Positions 7,173 through 15,282 of a stretch of DNA of 64,000 nucleotides are shown here, one piece after another; positions within the stretch are counted from its first letter, which is position 1, and every line of letters starts with the position of its first letter. Position numbers and translations under genes: made by a program. The DNA lies in IMG/VR virus record IMGVR_UViG_3300012931_000759, positions 62,001 through 126,000 of that record; one strand, 5' to 3'. A model generated the notes under the pieces. It was not told the origin of the DNA and ran no database searches. It saw nothing but the letters and a program-made list of their open reading frames with translations.

Positions 7173-8041
7173 TGGACATCGTCCTCGACATGGAGACCGG
7201 CGATCCCGACGACTTCATGACCCTGCTGCTCCTGTTGGGGCACCCGAGGTCGAACCTGAAGGCCGTCACGGTGACGCCCGGCACGAGGGAGCAGATCGGC
7301 CTGGTCAGGTGGGCATGCGCCCAACTCGCGCCGGGCCGGTACATCCCGGTCGGCGCGTTCGACCCCACGCGGGACAAAAAGTGCGTCTCCTCCTGGCACT
7401 ACGAGGTCTACGGGCAGATCCCACCCAAGGATCCGGACGACCGGGGCGGTTTCGTCCTCAAGCGGTGCTGCGACGAGAACACGACGCTCGTCACCGGCGC
7501 GCCTCTGCGGAACATCGGCGTGGCGATGGACCTGGACTTCAGGGTCGGCCGATGGGTAGCGCAGGGCGGATTCGCGGGCGAGGGCGTGGTGCCGCCGGAG
7601 CGGCAGCTGGAGAAGTTCCGGGGCATGGTCGTCTGTCCGACCTACAACCTGAACGGCGACCCGAAGGCGGTCCTGCGAGCCCTGGAGTATGGTGGGATAG
7701 GACACAGGCGGTTCGTCTCCAAGAACGTCTGCCACGGAGTGGTGGCCGACCGCGCGCTGGTCGACAGGGTCGGGGCGGCGAAGACTCCGCATCTGGAACT
7801 GATCCACAGGGGCATGGAGGCCTACCTGTCCAAGGGACCGGTCGGCAAGAAGGCCGGAAAGAAGCTCCACGATCCGCTGGCGGCCTGCTGCGCGCTGACA
7901 CCGGAGATAGGGGAATGGGCCGAGGTCAAGCTGTTCCGGGAGAAGGGCCAGTGGGGCAGCGCTTTGAAGCCAGGCACGAACACCTGGATTATCACAGGTT
8001 TTGACAAAGAACGGTTCGTTTCAGTCCTAACTGAAGTTTGA
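7160..8041 (+). CDS. inosine-uridine nucleoside hydrolase family protein
   Basis: DMETGDPDD, TGAPLRN, YNLNGD, LHDPLA. Confidence 0.85.
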   Translation: MAEVMDIVLDMETGDPDDFMTLLLLLGHPRSNLKAVTVTPGTREQIGLVRWACAQLAPGRYIPVGAFDPTRDKKCVSSWHYEVYGQIPPKDPDDRGGFVLKRCCDENTTLVTGAPLRNIGVAMDLDFRVGRWVAQGGFAGEGVVPPERQLEKFRGMVVCPTYNLNGDPKAVLRALEYGGIGHRRFVSKNVCHGVVADRALVDRVGAAKTPHLELIHRGMEAYLSKGPVGKKAGKKLHDPLAACCALTPEIGEWAEVKLFREKGQWGSALKPGTNTWIITGFDKERFVSVLTEV

Positions 8042-8116
8042 GGTTTCAACACTTGGGAATCTATCATTATTCTGACATTAGTACTAGGAACATCTTAATA
8101 GTATTAGGAGGAATGT

Positions 8117-8803
8117 ATGAGACGGTTCACAGACAAGGAACTCAGCCAAGCGGTTAAGGACAGCCTATTCCTATTCCAGGTGATCCATAAGTTGGATCTG
8201 AACCCGAGCAAAACAACCTACTCGCGCATCAGGCACCTGATTCTCAAACTCGGTCTGGACACTTCGCATTGGACAGACGCCAGGACGATTCGGATCCTGC
8301 CTGACGAGCAAATTTTCGTCAAAGGATGCCGTGTTCCGCCTTCAACCGTGCGAAGGCGTTATGCGCAATTGGGACAGCCGTACCAATGTGCCGAATGCGG
8401 AATTTTCGAATGGCGCGGAGTTCAGTTGATTCTGGAATTGGATCACAAGAATGGAGATCGCAAGGACAACAGACTAGACAATCTGCGATGGCTGTGTCCA
8501 AATTGCCATAGCCTGACTTCGACATATTGCGGCAAAAATAAACCCCTACTGAAAAAGATCACTCATTGTGTCGAATGTGGAACGGCGGTTTCTAGGTATG
8601 CGACCAGGTGTCGACGATGCGCTGGCAATCTGATCGGCGCCACACGGATGAAGATCGAATGGCCTTCTGTTGACGATCTGATTCTGATGCTACAGAGAGA
8701 TTCATTGGCTACTGTGGCCGCACAGTTGGGCGTTTCATCTGCCGCTGTGAGAAAACATTTACTACATCGTCGCGGAGGGAAGAAAAATCCCAATGTGGCG
8801 TAA
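8117..8803 (+). CDS. HNH endonuclease with C-terminal HTH
   Basis: CAECG..LELDHKNGD..DNRLDNLRWLCPNCH. Confidence 0.9.
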   Translation: MRRFTDKELSQAVKDSLFLFQVIHKLDLNPSKTTYSRIRHLILKLGLDTSHWTDARTIRILPDEQIFVKGCRVPPSTVRRRYAQLGQPYQCAECGIFEWRGVQLILELDHKNGDRKDNRLDNLRWLCPNCHSLTSTYCGKNKPLLKKITHCVECGTAVSRYATRCRRCAGNLIGATRMKIEWPSVDDLILMLQRDSLATVAAQLGVSSAAVRKHLLHRRGGKKNPNVA

Positions 8804-8807
8804 GCAT

Positions 8808-8880
8808 GCCCCCGTAGTCTACTGGATGAGGCGCTCGGCTACGGACCGAGTTTAAGCAGGTTCGATTCCTGCCGGGGGTA
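8808..8880 (+). tRNA. tRNA-Arg(ACG)
   Basis: cloverleaf, CTCGG-CT-ACG-GA-CCGAG. Confidence 0.9.
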
Positions 8881-8884
8881 CAAT

Positions 8885-9007
8885 TCAGGGATAGTTCAAG
8901 GGTAGAACGGACGGCTGTGGGCGTTCCTGCGGCCAGGGTTGTGGTGGGTCGGCACCGCCGATGCCCCTAACCGTCAAATGGGGGTTCGAATCCCTCTCCC
9001 TGAGCCA
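8885..9007 (+). tRNA. tRNA-Asn(GTT) interrupted by a 49-nt insert (8919-8967)
   Basis: TCAGGGA/TCCCTGA acceptor, G73, CCA; removing 8919-8967 restores GACGG-CTGTTAA-CCGTC. Confidence 0.85.
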
Positions 9008-9020
9008 GAAAGGAGTCGGC

Positions 9021-9404
9021 ATGACACCAGGATCCGTTGTCGAACTCGAGCTGGACCAGCCTCGGAACCAATGGCTTGCCAGGCCGGGCGCCCGCGCCGT
9101 GATCGTCGATGGCAGGAAGCGGTTTCCGGATCTCTACGACCGGCTGGAGGAGTACCTTCGCAATTTCGGGCAGCCCGATGAGGACATCAAAGAGTTCATC
9201 TGGGTGGTGTGGGAACGGGCGGACAAGCGGTGGAACGGCCAGGCCGACGGGGCGTACACGAGGTACAGGTTCAGGGAGGTCCCGAAGGGACCTGAACCCA
9301 AGAACAACGATGGACGGACGGTCTGCTTCTGGTGCAAGGGATCGACGGAGACCAAGCAGGGCTTCACCTCGTCCTACAACATCTGCCCGAAGTGCGGGAA
9401 GTGA
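9021..9404 (+). CDS. hypothetical protein with C-terminal Zn ribbon
   Basis: AAGGAG RBS; CFWC..CPKC. Confidence 0.65.
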   Translation: MTPGSVVELELDQPRNQWLARPGARAVIVDGRKRFPDLYDRLEEYLRNFGQPDEDIKEFIWVVWERADKRWNGQADGAYTRYRFREVPKGPEPKNNDGRTVCFWCKGSTETKQGFTSSYNICPKCGK

Positions 9405-9407
9405 CGG

Positions 9408-9683
9408 ATGAGGAAGGTTGAGGACTCCAGATTCTACGAGATGTTCCAGGAGATCGACCGGTTCGTCGCCGAGCTCCGCAAAAGGTATGGCGGCGGGCAG
9501 GACTCGATCGCCGACTCGTTGATGGCCCTGTGCCTGATGGTCGCGAAGGTGCTCTCGCACGAGGGGCTTCCGGCCAGCGTGGCCGAGGAGTACATTGCGA
9601 GCTTCACGCGGTTCATCGACTCGGTTTCCGGCAAGGAGGGCGCGAGTCCGCTGGACAAGCTGATCGGGAAGGGAAGCAACTGA
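9408..9683 (+). CDS. hypothetical protein
   Basis: packed + strand ORF. Confidence 0.55.
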   Translation: MRKVEDSRFYEMFQEIDRFVAELRKRYGGGQDSIADSLMALCLMVAKVLSHEGLPASVAEEYIASFTRFIDSVSGKEGASPLDKLIGKGSN

Positions 9684-9684
9684 C

Positions 9685-9763
9685 GCGAGGGTGGTGTAAT
9701 GGCAGCCACGCCACGCCAGGTCGAGAGCCTGGACAGGTGCCGATTCGAATCCGGCCGGGAGCA
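9685..9763 (+). pseudogene. chimeric tRNA pseudogene (GAG anticodon arm)
   Basis: D arm, anticodon arm and T arm present, but acceptor strands GCGAGGG and CGGGAGC do not pair; tandem ACGCC at the junction. Confidence 0.6.
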
Positions 9764-9777
9764 CAAGGAGAAGTCGC

Positions 9778-10110
9778 ATGGCCGAGCAGGAGAGGCATTT
9801 CGTCCAGCTGATGGAGCTGTTCGCGAAGCAAGGCATTCCCGCCATCCCCATGGATCAGGTCAGGCAGACTGGGGACAGTTGGAACTTCGAGGTTTTCGGC
9901 GAGCGCGGATCAATCATCACCTACCGGCTGTGGGGTCTTGGGATCGTGAATGTCTGGATGGGCAAGGCCGATTTGGACTCCGGCGGCCTGGCGATGCAGG
10001 GCCAGGTCCCGAACGGGGTCGAGCACATCCTCAGGCTCCACAAGCGTTTTGCGACCTCCGGCCGCCGCAAAGTGCTTCGCAGGGCTGAGCGCGCTCCGTA
10101 CGGATTGTAG
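9778..10110 (+). CDS. hypothetical protein
   Basis: AAGGAG RBS. Confidence 0.6.
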   Translation: MAEQERHFVQLMELFAKQGIPAIPMDQVRQTGDSWNFEVFGERGSIITYRLWGLGIVNVWMGKADLDSGGLAMQGQVPNGVEHILRLHKRFATSGRRKVLRRAERAPYGL

Positions 10111-10115
10111 TTTGC

Positions 10116-10190
10116 GCCCCCGTAGCGCAAATGGCAGGAGGCACCGGTTTTAAAAACCGGACAGTGCCGGTTCAAATCCGGCCGGGGGCA
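10116..10190 (+). tRNA. tRNA-Leu(TAA) with short variable region
   Basis: GCCCCCG/CGGGGGC acceptor, CCGGT-TT-TAA-AA-ACCGG, V region ACAGT only. Confidence 0.85.
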
Positions 10191-10203
10191 TGAGGAGACG
10201 GCG

Positions 10204-10674
10204 ATGATCAGCGCGAACTGGAAAAACGGGCAGGGCCACGAGCTGGTCCTATGTTACGAGGAGAAGACGACGGGCGGCGGAATCTGCAAAGGCCAAGAGC
10301 ACCAGCTCTGGCCGGACTATGAGCCGCTCTACTACGAGGTGGCGCTCTTGTCCCTTCACAGGCCGGATTTGAAGCAGCTTTCGTGGAACTGTGAAACGGT
10401 CTACGCCCAGTTCAATCCGACCAAGGCCAAGCGCGCACATCTAGTGGTTGTCAAATATCAAGACGGCGACACCTTCGGGACATCCCATGGGAATGTCTAT
10501 ATCGAGGGAGCATATCGGACAAAAAAGGAAGCCGATAGGATTGCCAAGAGCATCGAGGACGATATCTACAAGGGAGGCTACAAGGCCTGGAGTAGATATT
10601 TCAAGAGCCTAGAAGAGTGTCGAGGTTGTCTCCTTCGACATAGAAAAGTGAGGTTGTCGGCTGTAGAGGAATAG
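10204..10674 (+). CDS. hypothetical protein
   Basis: AGGAG RBS; 3' end possibly frameshifted. Confidence 0.6.
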   Translation: MISANWKNGQGHELVLCYEEKTTGGGICKGQEHQLWPDYEPLYYEVALLSLHRPDLKQLSWNCETVYAQFNPTKAKRAHLVVVKYQDGDTFGTSHGNVYIEGAYRTKKEADRIAKSIEDDIYKGGYKAWSRYFKSLEECRGCLLRHRKVRLSAVEE

Positions 10675-10727
10675 CTCCCTAGCGCCCTAGTACAGCGTCC
10701 ACAGCGGTTTGATTCCGCCAGCCGACT
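10656..10727 (+). ncRNA. tRNA-like RNA with 8-bp acceptor and 4-bp T stem, aberrant anticodon arm
   Basis: GTCGGCTG/CAGCCGAC; GCGG-TTTGATT-CCGC; GAG-GAATAG-CTC D-like arm. Confidence 0.5.
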
Positions 10728-10739
10728 CAGGAGGTCAAG

Positions 10740-11057
10740 ATGAACGATTGGTTCGCGGAGGCGCTCGAGGCATGCGCATTAGGCAACCAGGACAAGGCGC
10801 TTGACATCGTCTACGACATCGTGGATAATATGTTGTTGTCGGCAAGATTTGACGACGCCGACCAGGCATTGCGAGAGATTGACGTGCCCAACACGCCAAT
10901 AGTGATCCTGGTTGGATTGCTGACGATCACCTTGTTGGCCAATGATCGCCTGCCGTCGCGCTCAGCGTTTTTCGAGGCTGTCCGGGCCGAATGTATTGCG
11001 CGCGGACGGACGGGTACCGACCAGTTGCTTAAAGGGCTTGACATGGAAATGCGATGA
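10740..11057 (+). CDS. hypothetical protein
   Basis: GGAGG RBS. Confidence 0.6.
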   Translation: MNDWFAEALEACALGNQDKALDIVYDIVDNMLLSARFDDADQALREIDVPNTPIVILVGLLTITLLANDRLPSRSAFFEAVRAECIARGRTGTDQLLKGLDMEMR

Positions 11058-11665
11058 TCGAGGCTCTTTCGATACCTGGATGGATGAGTTGCGACGAGTG
11101 CCAGGAGTTGTACGGCCTGGCTATGTCCGCCAACGGACCAATCCTGGAGATCGGGCATTTTCTAGGCCGATCCACTGCCTGTATCTGCGCGGGCATCCGG
11201 GACTCTGGGCGCGGAAACTCTTTTCGGTCGTACGATCTCGGATTCCGTACGGACGCAGAGTTTCGGGAGTTTTACGACAGGATCCACCAGCGGCCAACGC
11301 CGGTGCCCGACCTTCACCAGCAGGTGTTCCAGAGCGGCCGCATCTCAACAGACATCGCAAGGGAGAACTTGGAACGATATGGTCTGGTAGGGTTCGTAGA
11401 ACTTGTTAGCGGGAATTTCATCGAATTGGACAGGGACCGGTACGCCTTCGTGTTCTGTGATGCCGTCCATGAGACAAACGAGATCCGGCACAACCTGCCA
11501 CATATCATGGAGCGTAGCGCGTCGTCAGCTGTCTGGGCATTCCATGACATGTACGGCATAAATGCGACGCTAGTCGAAGAGTTGTCGGGGGCGCGGCTGG
11601 TTGAGCGGGTGGGAAGTTTAGGCATTTTTAACTACATTGGACAGCACTCTGACGAGGCCTTTTGA
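11054..11665 (+). CDS. class I SAM-dependent methyltransferase (Methyltransf_24-like)
   Basis: IPGWMS..E, ILEIGHFLGRST, FVFCDAVH, AFHD. Confidence 0.85.
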   Translation: MIEALSIPGWMSCDECQELYGLAMSANGPILEIGHFLGRSTACICAGIRDSGRGNSFRSYDLGFRTDAEFREFYDRIHQRPTPVPDLHQQVFQSGRISTDIARENLERYGLVGFVELVSGNFIELDRDRYAFVFCDAVHETNEIRHNLPHIMERSASSAVWAFHDMYGINATLVEELSGARLVERVGSLGIFNYIGQHSDEAF

Positions 11666-11709
11666 CTGTTAATCTGGTGAGGTGGTTCGATTCCCGTTGG
11701 GTTACACGT

Positions 11710-11774
11710 GGTTCCATCGTTCAGCCTGGCCTAGGATATCGGCTTGTTACGCCGAAGACAGGTCCATGGGACCG
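11710..11774 (+). pseudogene. tRNA-Asp-like remnant (GTT anticodon, T arm deleted)
   Basis: GGTTCCA/TGGGACC acceptor, Asp-type D arm, TCGGC-TTGTTAC-GCCGA, no TTCGA loop. Confidence 0.6.
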
Positions 11775-11955
11775 CAAGAAATGTACAATGGGGATTGTTG
11801 TCCAATACCACAAGGAGGATAATGATGCTGGAGTTTTTCGCCAATCTATGGCAAAGTAATACTGGCAACAAGGTCATGCTGATTGTCGGCGCCCTGATTT
11901 TCCTAGTGGCCATTGTCGGGGTTGTCTACGGCATCTGTTCTTGAACAATGATCGT

Positions 11956-11998
11956 TGCGGGATAACCAATAGGTAAGGCAACGGACTTCATAATCCGG
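11956..11998 (+). pseudogene. 5' part of a tRNA-Met(CAT)-like gene
   Basis: TGCGGGA..D-like arm..CGGA-CTTCATAA-TCCG; no T arm or 3' acceptor strand. Confidence 0.45.
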
Positions 11999-12016
11999 AA
12001 ACAATGGTTTTATAAT

Positions 12017-12106
12017 GGAAGGCCCGTCAGGCATTGGTGCCCTGTGCGCGCCCGCTAAGCGCGTGGGGATTAACCTCCCCTAGCAGTTCGATTCTGCTGC
12101 CTTCCG
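12017..12106 (+). tRNA. tRNA-Ser(GCT), non-canonical C8/C33
   Basis: GGAAGGC/GCCTTCC with G73, CC-GCT-AA loop, V-arm GGGGA/TCCCC, T arm. Confidence 0.8.
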
Positions 12107-12221
12107 ATGGATTTTGGTGGGTACATTTTGTGTTGGTTTTAGGTGTGCGGCTCGAATTTGCGTGGGTCTGAAATATGGTTCCGTCTATTCAACTTATACA
12201 CCCACCACCAAGGAGAAAAAC

Positions 12222-12407
12222 ATGAGTGGCGTATTCATCCACAAGAAGACCGGCAACAAGTATGTGGTCATTGGCGAGTGTCTGAATTGTACGAACGCCC
12301 AGGATGGCCAGGAGATGGTGGTCTATTCTAGGGGCGGAAAAGTGTTCGTCCGGGAGAAATCGGAATTCCTGAAGAAGTTTGTCCCGGAGAAGGTCGATGG
12401 GGAATAG
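12222..12407 (+). CDS. DUF1653-like small protein
   Basis: H.K.GNKY.V..NCTN..MVVY..VFVR..EF..KF. Confidence 0.7.
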   Translation: MSGVFIHKKTGNKYVVIGECLNCTNAQDGQEMVVYSRGGKVFVREKSEFLKKFVPEKVDGE

Positions 12408-12410
12408 TCG

Positions 12411-12623
12411 ATGTGGATCAACAGGAAGGAATTCAGGGAGCTGGCCGCAAGGGTCGACGAGCTTGTCGCCACGGCGACTGAAACAGGCAGTTGGGCTCTT
12501 GTAAACCCCGGCCAGGACAACGAGGCCAATAGGTTCTACAAGCTTTTGTGGGCCCACATGGATCTACGGATAGCGTTGTCGGCTCTGGCCGGCAAGCTGG
12601 AAGCTATAGCTACGAGGTGGTAG
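12411..12623 (+). CDS. hypothetical protein
   Basis: packed + strand ORF. Confidence 0.5.
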   Translation: MWINRKEFRELAARVDELVATATETGSWALVNPGQDNEANRFYKLLWAHMDLRIALSALAGKLEAIATRW

Positions 12624-12962
12624 ATGACCGAAGAACAGAGGGAACTCAAGATTTCGGAACTCGACAGCACGCTGTTCAAGCCGTACTGGGGGATCATCAT
12701 CGCTATTTCGAAAACGGTGATTCGCAGGGTACAGGCCCTGCTCGGGATGCCCGAGATGGAGGCAGTTTTATTTGTAGCTAGGCGGTACGCGGAGGTGGAT
12801 CTGCCGGAATCCATCGACGGCATGACGGATGACCTGTATGTGTCCAGAAGCATTGATTTCGAGTCCCAGATGGTGCTGCTCAGCATTACCTCGATAACGG
12901 AGAGGAAGGGCATGTATGCCATCACGCCGGGCTTTAAATATCCGCAGAAACAAGTGTATTGA
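12624..12962 (+). CDS. hypothetical protein
   Basis: GAGGT RBS, packed. Confidence 0.55.
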   Translation: MTEEQRELKISELDSTLFKPYWGIIIAISKTVIRRVQALLGMPEMEAVLFVARRYAEVDLPESIDGMTDDLYVSRSIDFESQMVLLSITSITERKGMYAITPGFKYPQKQVY

Positions 12963-13037
12963 CATGGACGCCTTTGCCATCGCATGGGCGATGGCTAAAG
13001 AGGATCTCAAGATCCTGCTGAGGGTGATGGCCGAAAG

Positions 13038-13445
13038 ATGCCGAGAAAGACCAGCGAGGAAATCAGGAAAAACTACCGGAAAAGGTTGAACTTGCCGGAG
13101 TTTCCGCCGGATGGCGAGCTGGTCAGGTTCATGACGAAATCCGGCACCCTCATTGCCGTCGGCTACGAGCGCGTCGTTATTGGCGACCGTGGGCCGTACA
13201 TCGAGTTCGCGCCTGGCCGCATCATGAAGGTTGGCTGGAACATTCCGGCCCACCAAAAGTGGCGCATCAAAGGCCAATGCTACTATGTCGAAGGGCGCAC
13301 TTTGGACGAGGCCAACGTCAAGATGTACTACCAGAAGGCGACGGTTGGATACGCTGACTACAGGGTTGGGATGTGGTACATCTCGCCGTTCGACCTGACG
13401 ACCGACCAATGGCCGATGCTGGTCGCCCCGCTGGAGGGGCGGTAA
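13038..13445 (+). CDS. conserved hypothetical protein
   Basis: GYERVVIGDRGPYIEF..YYQKATVGYADY..GMWYISP looks like a conserved family. Confidence 0.65.
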   Translation: MPRKTSEEIRKNYRKRLNLPEFPPDGELVRFMTKSGTLIAVGYERVVIGDRGPYIEFAPGRIMKVGWNIPAHQKWRIKGQCYYVEGRTLDEANVKMYYQKATVGYADYRVGMWYISPFDLTTDQWPMLVAPLEGR

Positions 13446-13563
13446 TGTCATGTATTTCGACGACGACTGCCCCAGCCACGACTACAATGAGTGCGACGAC
13501 AACGGGAAATGCGCCCTACAGGCGAAGGCGGCCAGGTTCGTCAAGTAGCTTGACCTGCTCTGG

Positions 13564-13742
13564 GCGGATGCTGAACTCGAGGACATTCCGCTGTTTGAGT
13601 CGCTGGTGCTTAGGGAAATCCTATGGACGTTCGCGAAGCGGTGTCCGCATTTCAAGGGGAAAGACTAAGGGTATGGCCGTCCTACATTGGCGCCAGCGTG
13701 TGGAATAACGTCCCTGGGGATTCGAGTCCCTCCATCCGTACC
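13564..13742 (+). ncRNA. 179-nt tRNA-Leu-like RNA with expanded D and anticodon arms
   Basis: GCGGATG/CATCCGT then ACC; T loop TTCGAGT; 8-bp GCTGGTGC/GCGCCAGC stem enclosing TTAG and several hairpins. Confidence 0.6.
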
Positions 13743-13752
13743 GAGGTGAACT

Positions 13753-14058
13753 ATGGGCTGGGCAAACAACGCCATCAAGGAGCTCTTGGCTGGCAACACC
13801 GTCCAGATCCGCCCCAAGGGCAATTCTATGAGGGGGCGGATCGAGAGCGGCCAGCTAGTGACCATCGCGCCATGCGTTCCCGGCGACATCGAGATTGGCG
13901 ATGTAGTGCTTGCCAAGGTCAAGGGGCGCGTGTTTCTACATCTGGTCGGGGCTGTCGCGGACGCCAAGCGGAAACGCATGTTCTTGATCAAGAACAACCG
14001 GGGCCGGACCAATGGATGGACCGGCACGGTCTACGGCAAAGTCGTTAAGGTTGAGTAG
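13753..14058 (+). CDS. S24/S26 peptidase-like protein
   Basis: KGNSM..I.SG..V..GDVVL..LHLV. Confidence 0.75.
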   Translation: MGWANNAIKELLAGNTVQIRPKGNSMRGRIESGQLVTIAPCVPGDIEIGDVVLAKVKGRVFLHLVGAVADAKRKRMFLIKNNRGRTNGWTGTVYGKVVKVE

Positions 14059-14070
14059 AAAGGGAAAGCT

Positions 14071-14662
14071 ATGGACTCCGCTATTTACGGGAAAAGCAAG
14101 GCCAAGACCGGTATCACGCCAGCGATCATCCTAGTCAACCCTAAATTTCCCCACAATGTAGGCGCGGCCCTCCGGGCAGCATCCTGTTTCGGGGTCGGCC
14201 AAGTGTGGTACACGGGTGATCGGGTGGCAATGGAGTTGGAGAAGAAACGTCGGTTGCCGCGAGAAGAACGTATGCGTGGTTACAAAGATGTGGCTTTGCG
14301 CCAGTTCGACTATCCTTTCGAAGTTTTCGAAAACGATGTCACGCCTGTGGCCGTAGAATTGCGACCGAATTCGGAATTGCTTCCACAGTTTGTCCATCCT
14401 GAAAAAGCCGTGTATGTGTTCGGGTAGCATCCCGCAGGTTTGCCTGCGCCATTGCCACCGCTTTATCGTTATCCCGACGCACCACTGTGTCAACCTGTCG
14501 GCGGCCGTGTACCTGATCTTATACGACAGACTGGTGAAGCGCCAGGCTGCCGGGTTGGAGCCGGTCCTGCCGATGGACGATGTCCTGAGGGAGCAGCGCG
14601 GACCAGTCGTCGGCGGAGGCAAGTTGTACGGCCACGGCGGCGAGTCCGACGTGGAGATCTGA
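14071..14662 (+). pseudogene. SPOUT (TrmH/TrmL-like) RNA methyltransferase, frameshifted
   Basis: NPKFPHNVGAALRA; VYVFG* then GSIP..CVNLSAAVYLILYDR in another frame; the GPE motif is deleted. Confidence 0.85.
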
Positions 14663-14673
14663 AAGGGAAAACG

Positions 14674-15086
14674 ATGCGACTCACAGCCATCCTGTTCGTC
14701 ATGCTGCTGGCGTCCTGCGCGGCGCCATCGCCAACACGCCGCCTCCGGCGGCTGCCGAGCAGCCCAAGCCGAAGCCGTCGTGCGTGGAGCAGGTGCGCGA
14801 CATCCTGAAGCACGAGGCGGACATCCGGTTCGGGGACAGCATCGCCGACACGGTGGCGGAGCAGAACGATCTTGGGAACTGGCGCATCGTGGTGACGGAC
14901 GATTGTCTGGCCCTTCGTTCCACGGATGGGCATATCCTGATGAAGGACGGCATTTTGTACGATGCTTTTGGAGGATCGCCCGTGTTGACCAGCCGCAGGG
15001 CCAAGGAGCGGCTTGCCAGGGTTTTCGCCTGCCGCGTGGCGCATCTGCAGAGCATGGCGGCCGGAACCCCGGATTGCTCGAAATGA
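14674..15086 (+). pseudogene. probable frameshifted lipoprotein
   Basis: signal peptide with lipobox LLASC from ATG 14674; globular part continues in another frame (14784-15086). Confidence 0.45.
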
Positions 15087-15202
15087 GGTCGCGATGAGGA
15101 TTTTGCTGGTTCTGTTCGCCCTGCTGGCCGGTTGTGTCGGACAGGGCGTGAAGTCGGTTCCGAAAGATGCCCGGCCTGCGGCCGGATGCCCGAGATAGGG
15201 GC

Positions 15203-15231
15203 TTGACAAGCGGTTGCGCCTCGGGTAGATT
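15203..15231 (+). promoter_or_regulatory. sigma70-type promoter
   Basis: TTGACA-17 nt-TAGATT upstream of the 15283 gene. Confidence 0.65.
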
Positions 15232-15282
15232 GTTACTGGATCGGCAACGGTCCGCCCAAAACGGCAACCGCCGGAGGAGAAC

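Noticed and set aside
8919-8967. HDV-like/theta ribozyme or group I intron as the tRNA-Asn insert
   Set aside because: No nested double pseudoknot could be drawn, it is not at the tRNA 3' end, and it is far too short for group I
4690-9851. Many long overlapping alternative-frame and antisense ORFs (e.g. 6032-6997, 7007-7870, 8967-9851)
   Set aside because: Expected in high-GC coding DNA; no RBS or motifs, and they overlap well-supported genes or tRNAs
13564-13742. tmRNA
   Set aside because: No G3:U70 alanine determinant, about half the usual length, and no convincing tag ORF
14425-14427. In-frame TAG suggesting amber recoding or readthrough (also at 45864)
   Set aside because: The SPOUT continuation is in a different frame and the MTase relic has other lesions; TAG ends many intact genes and no CTA-anticodon tRNA was found
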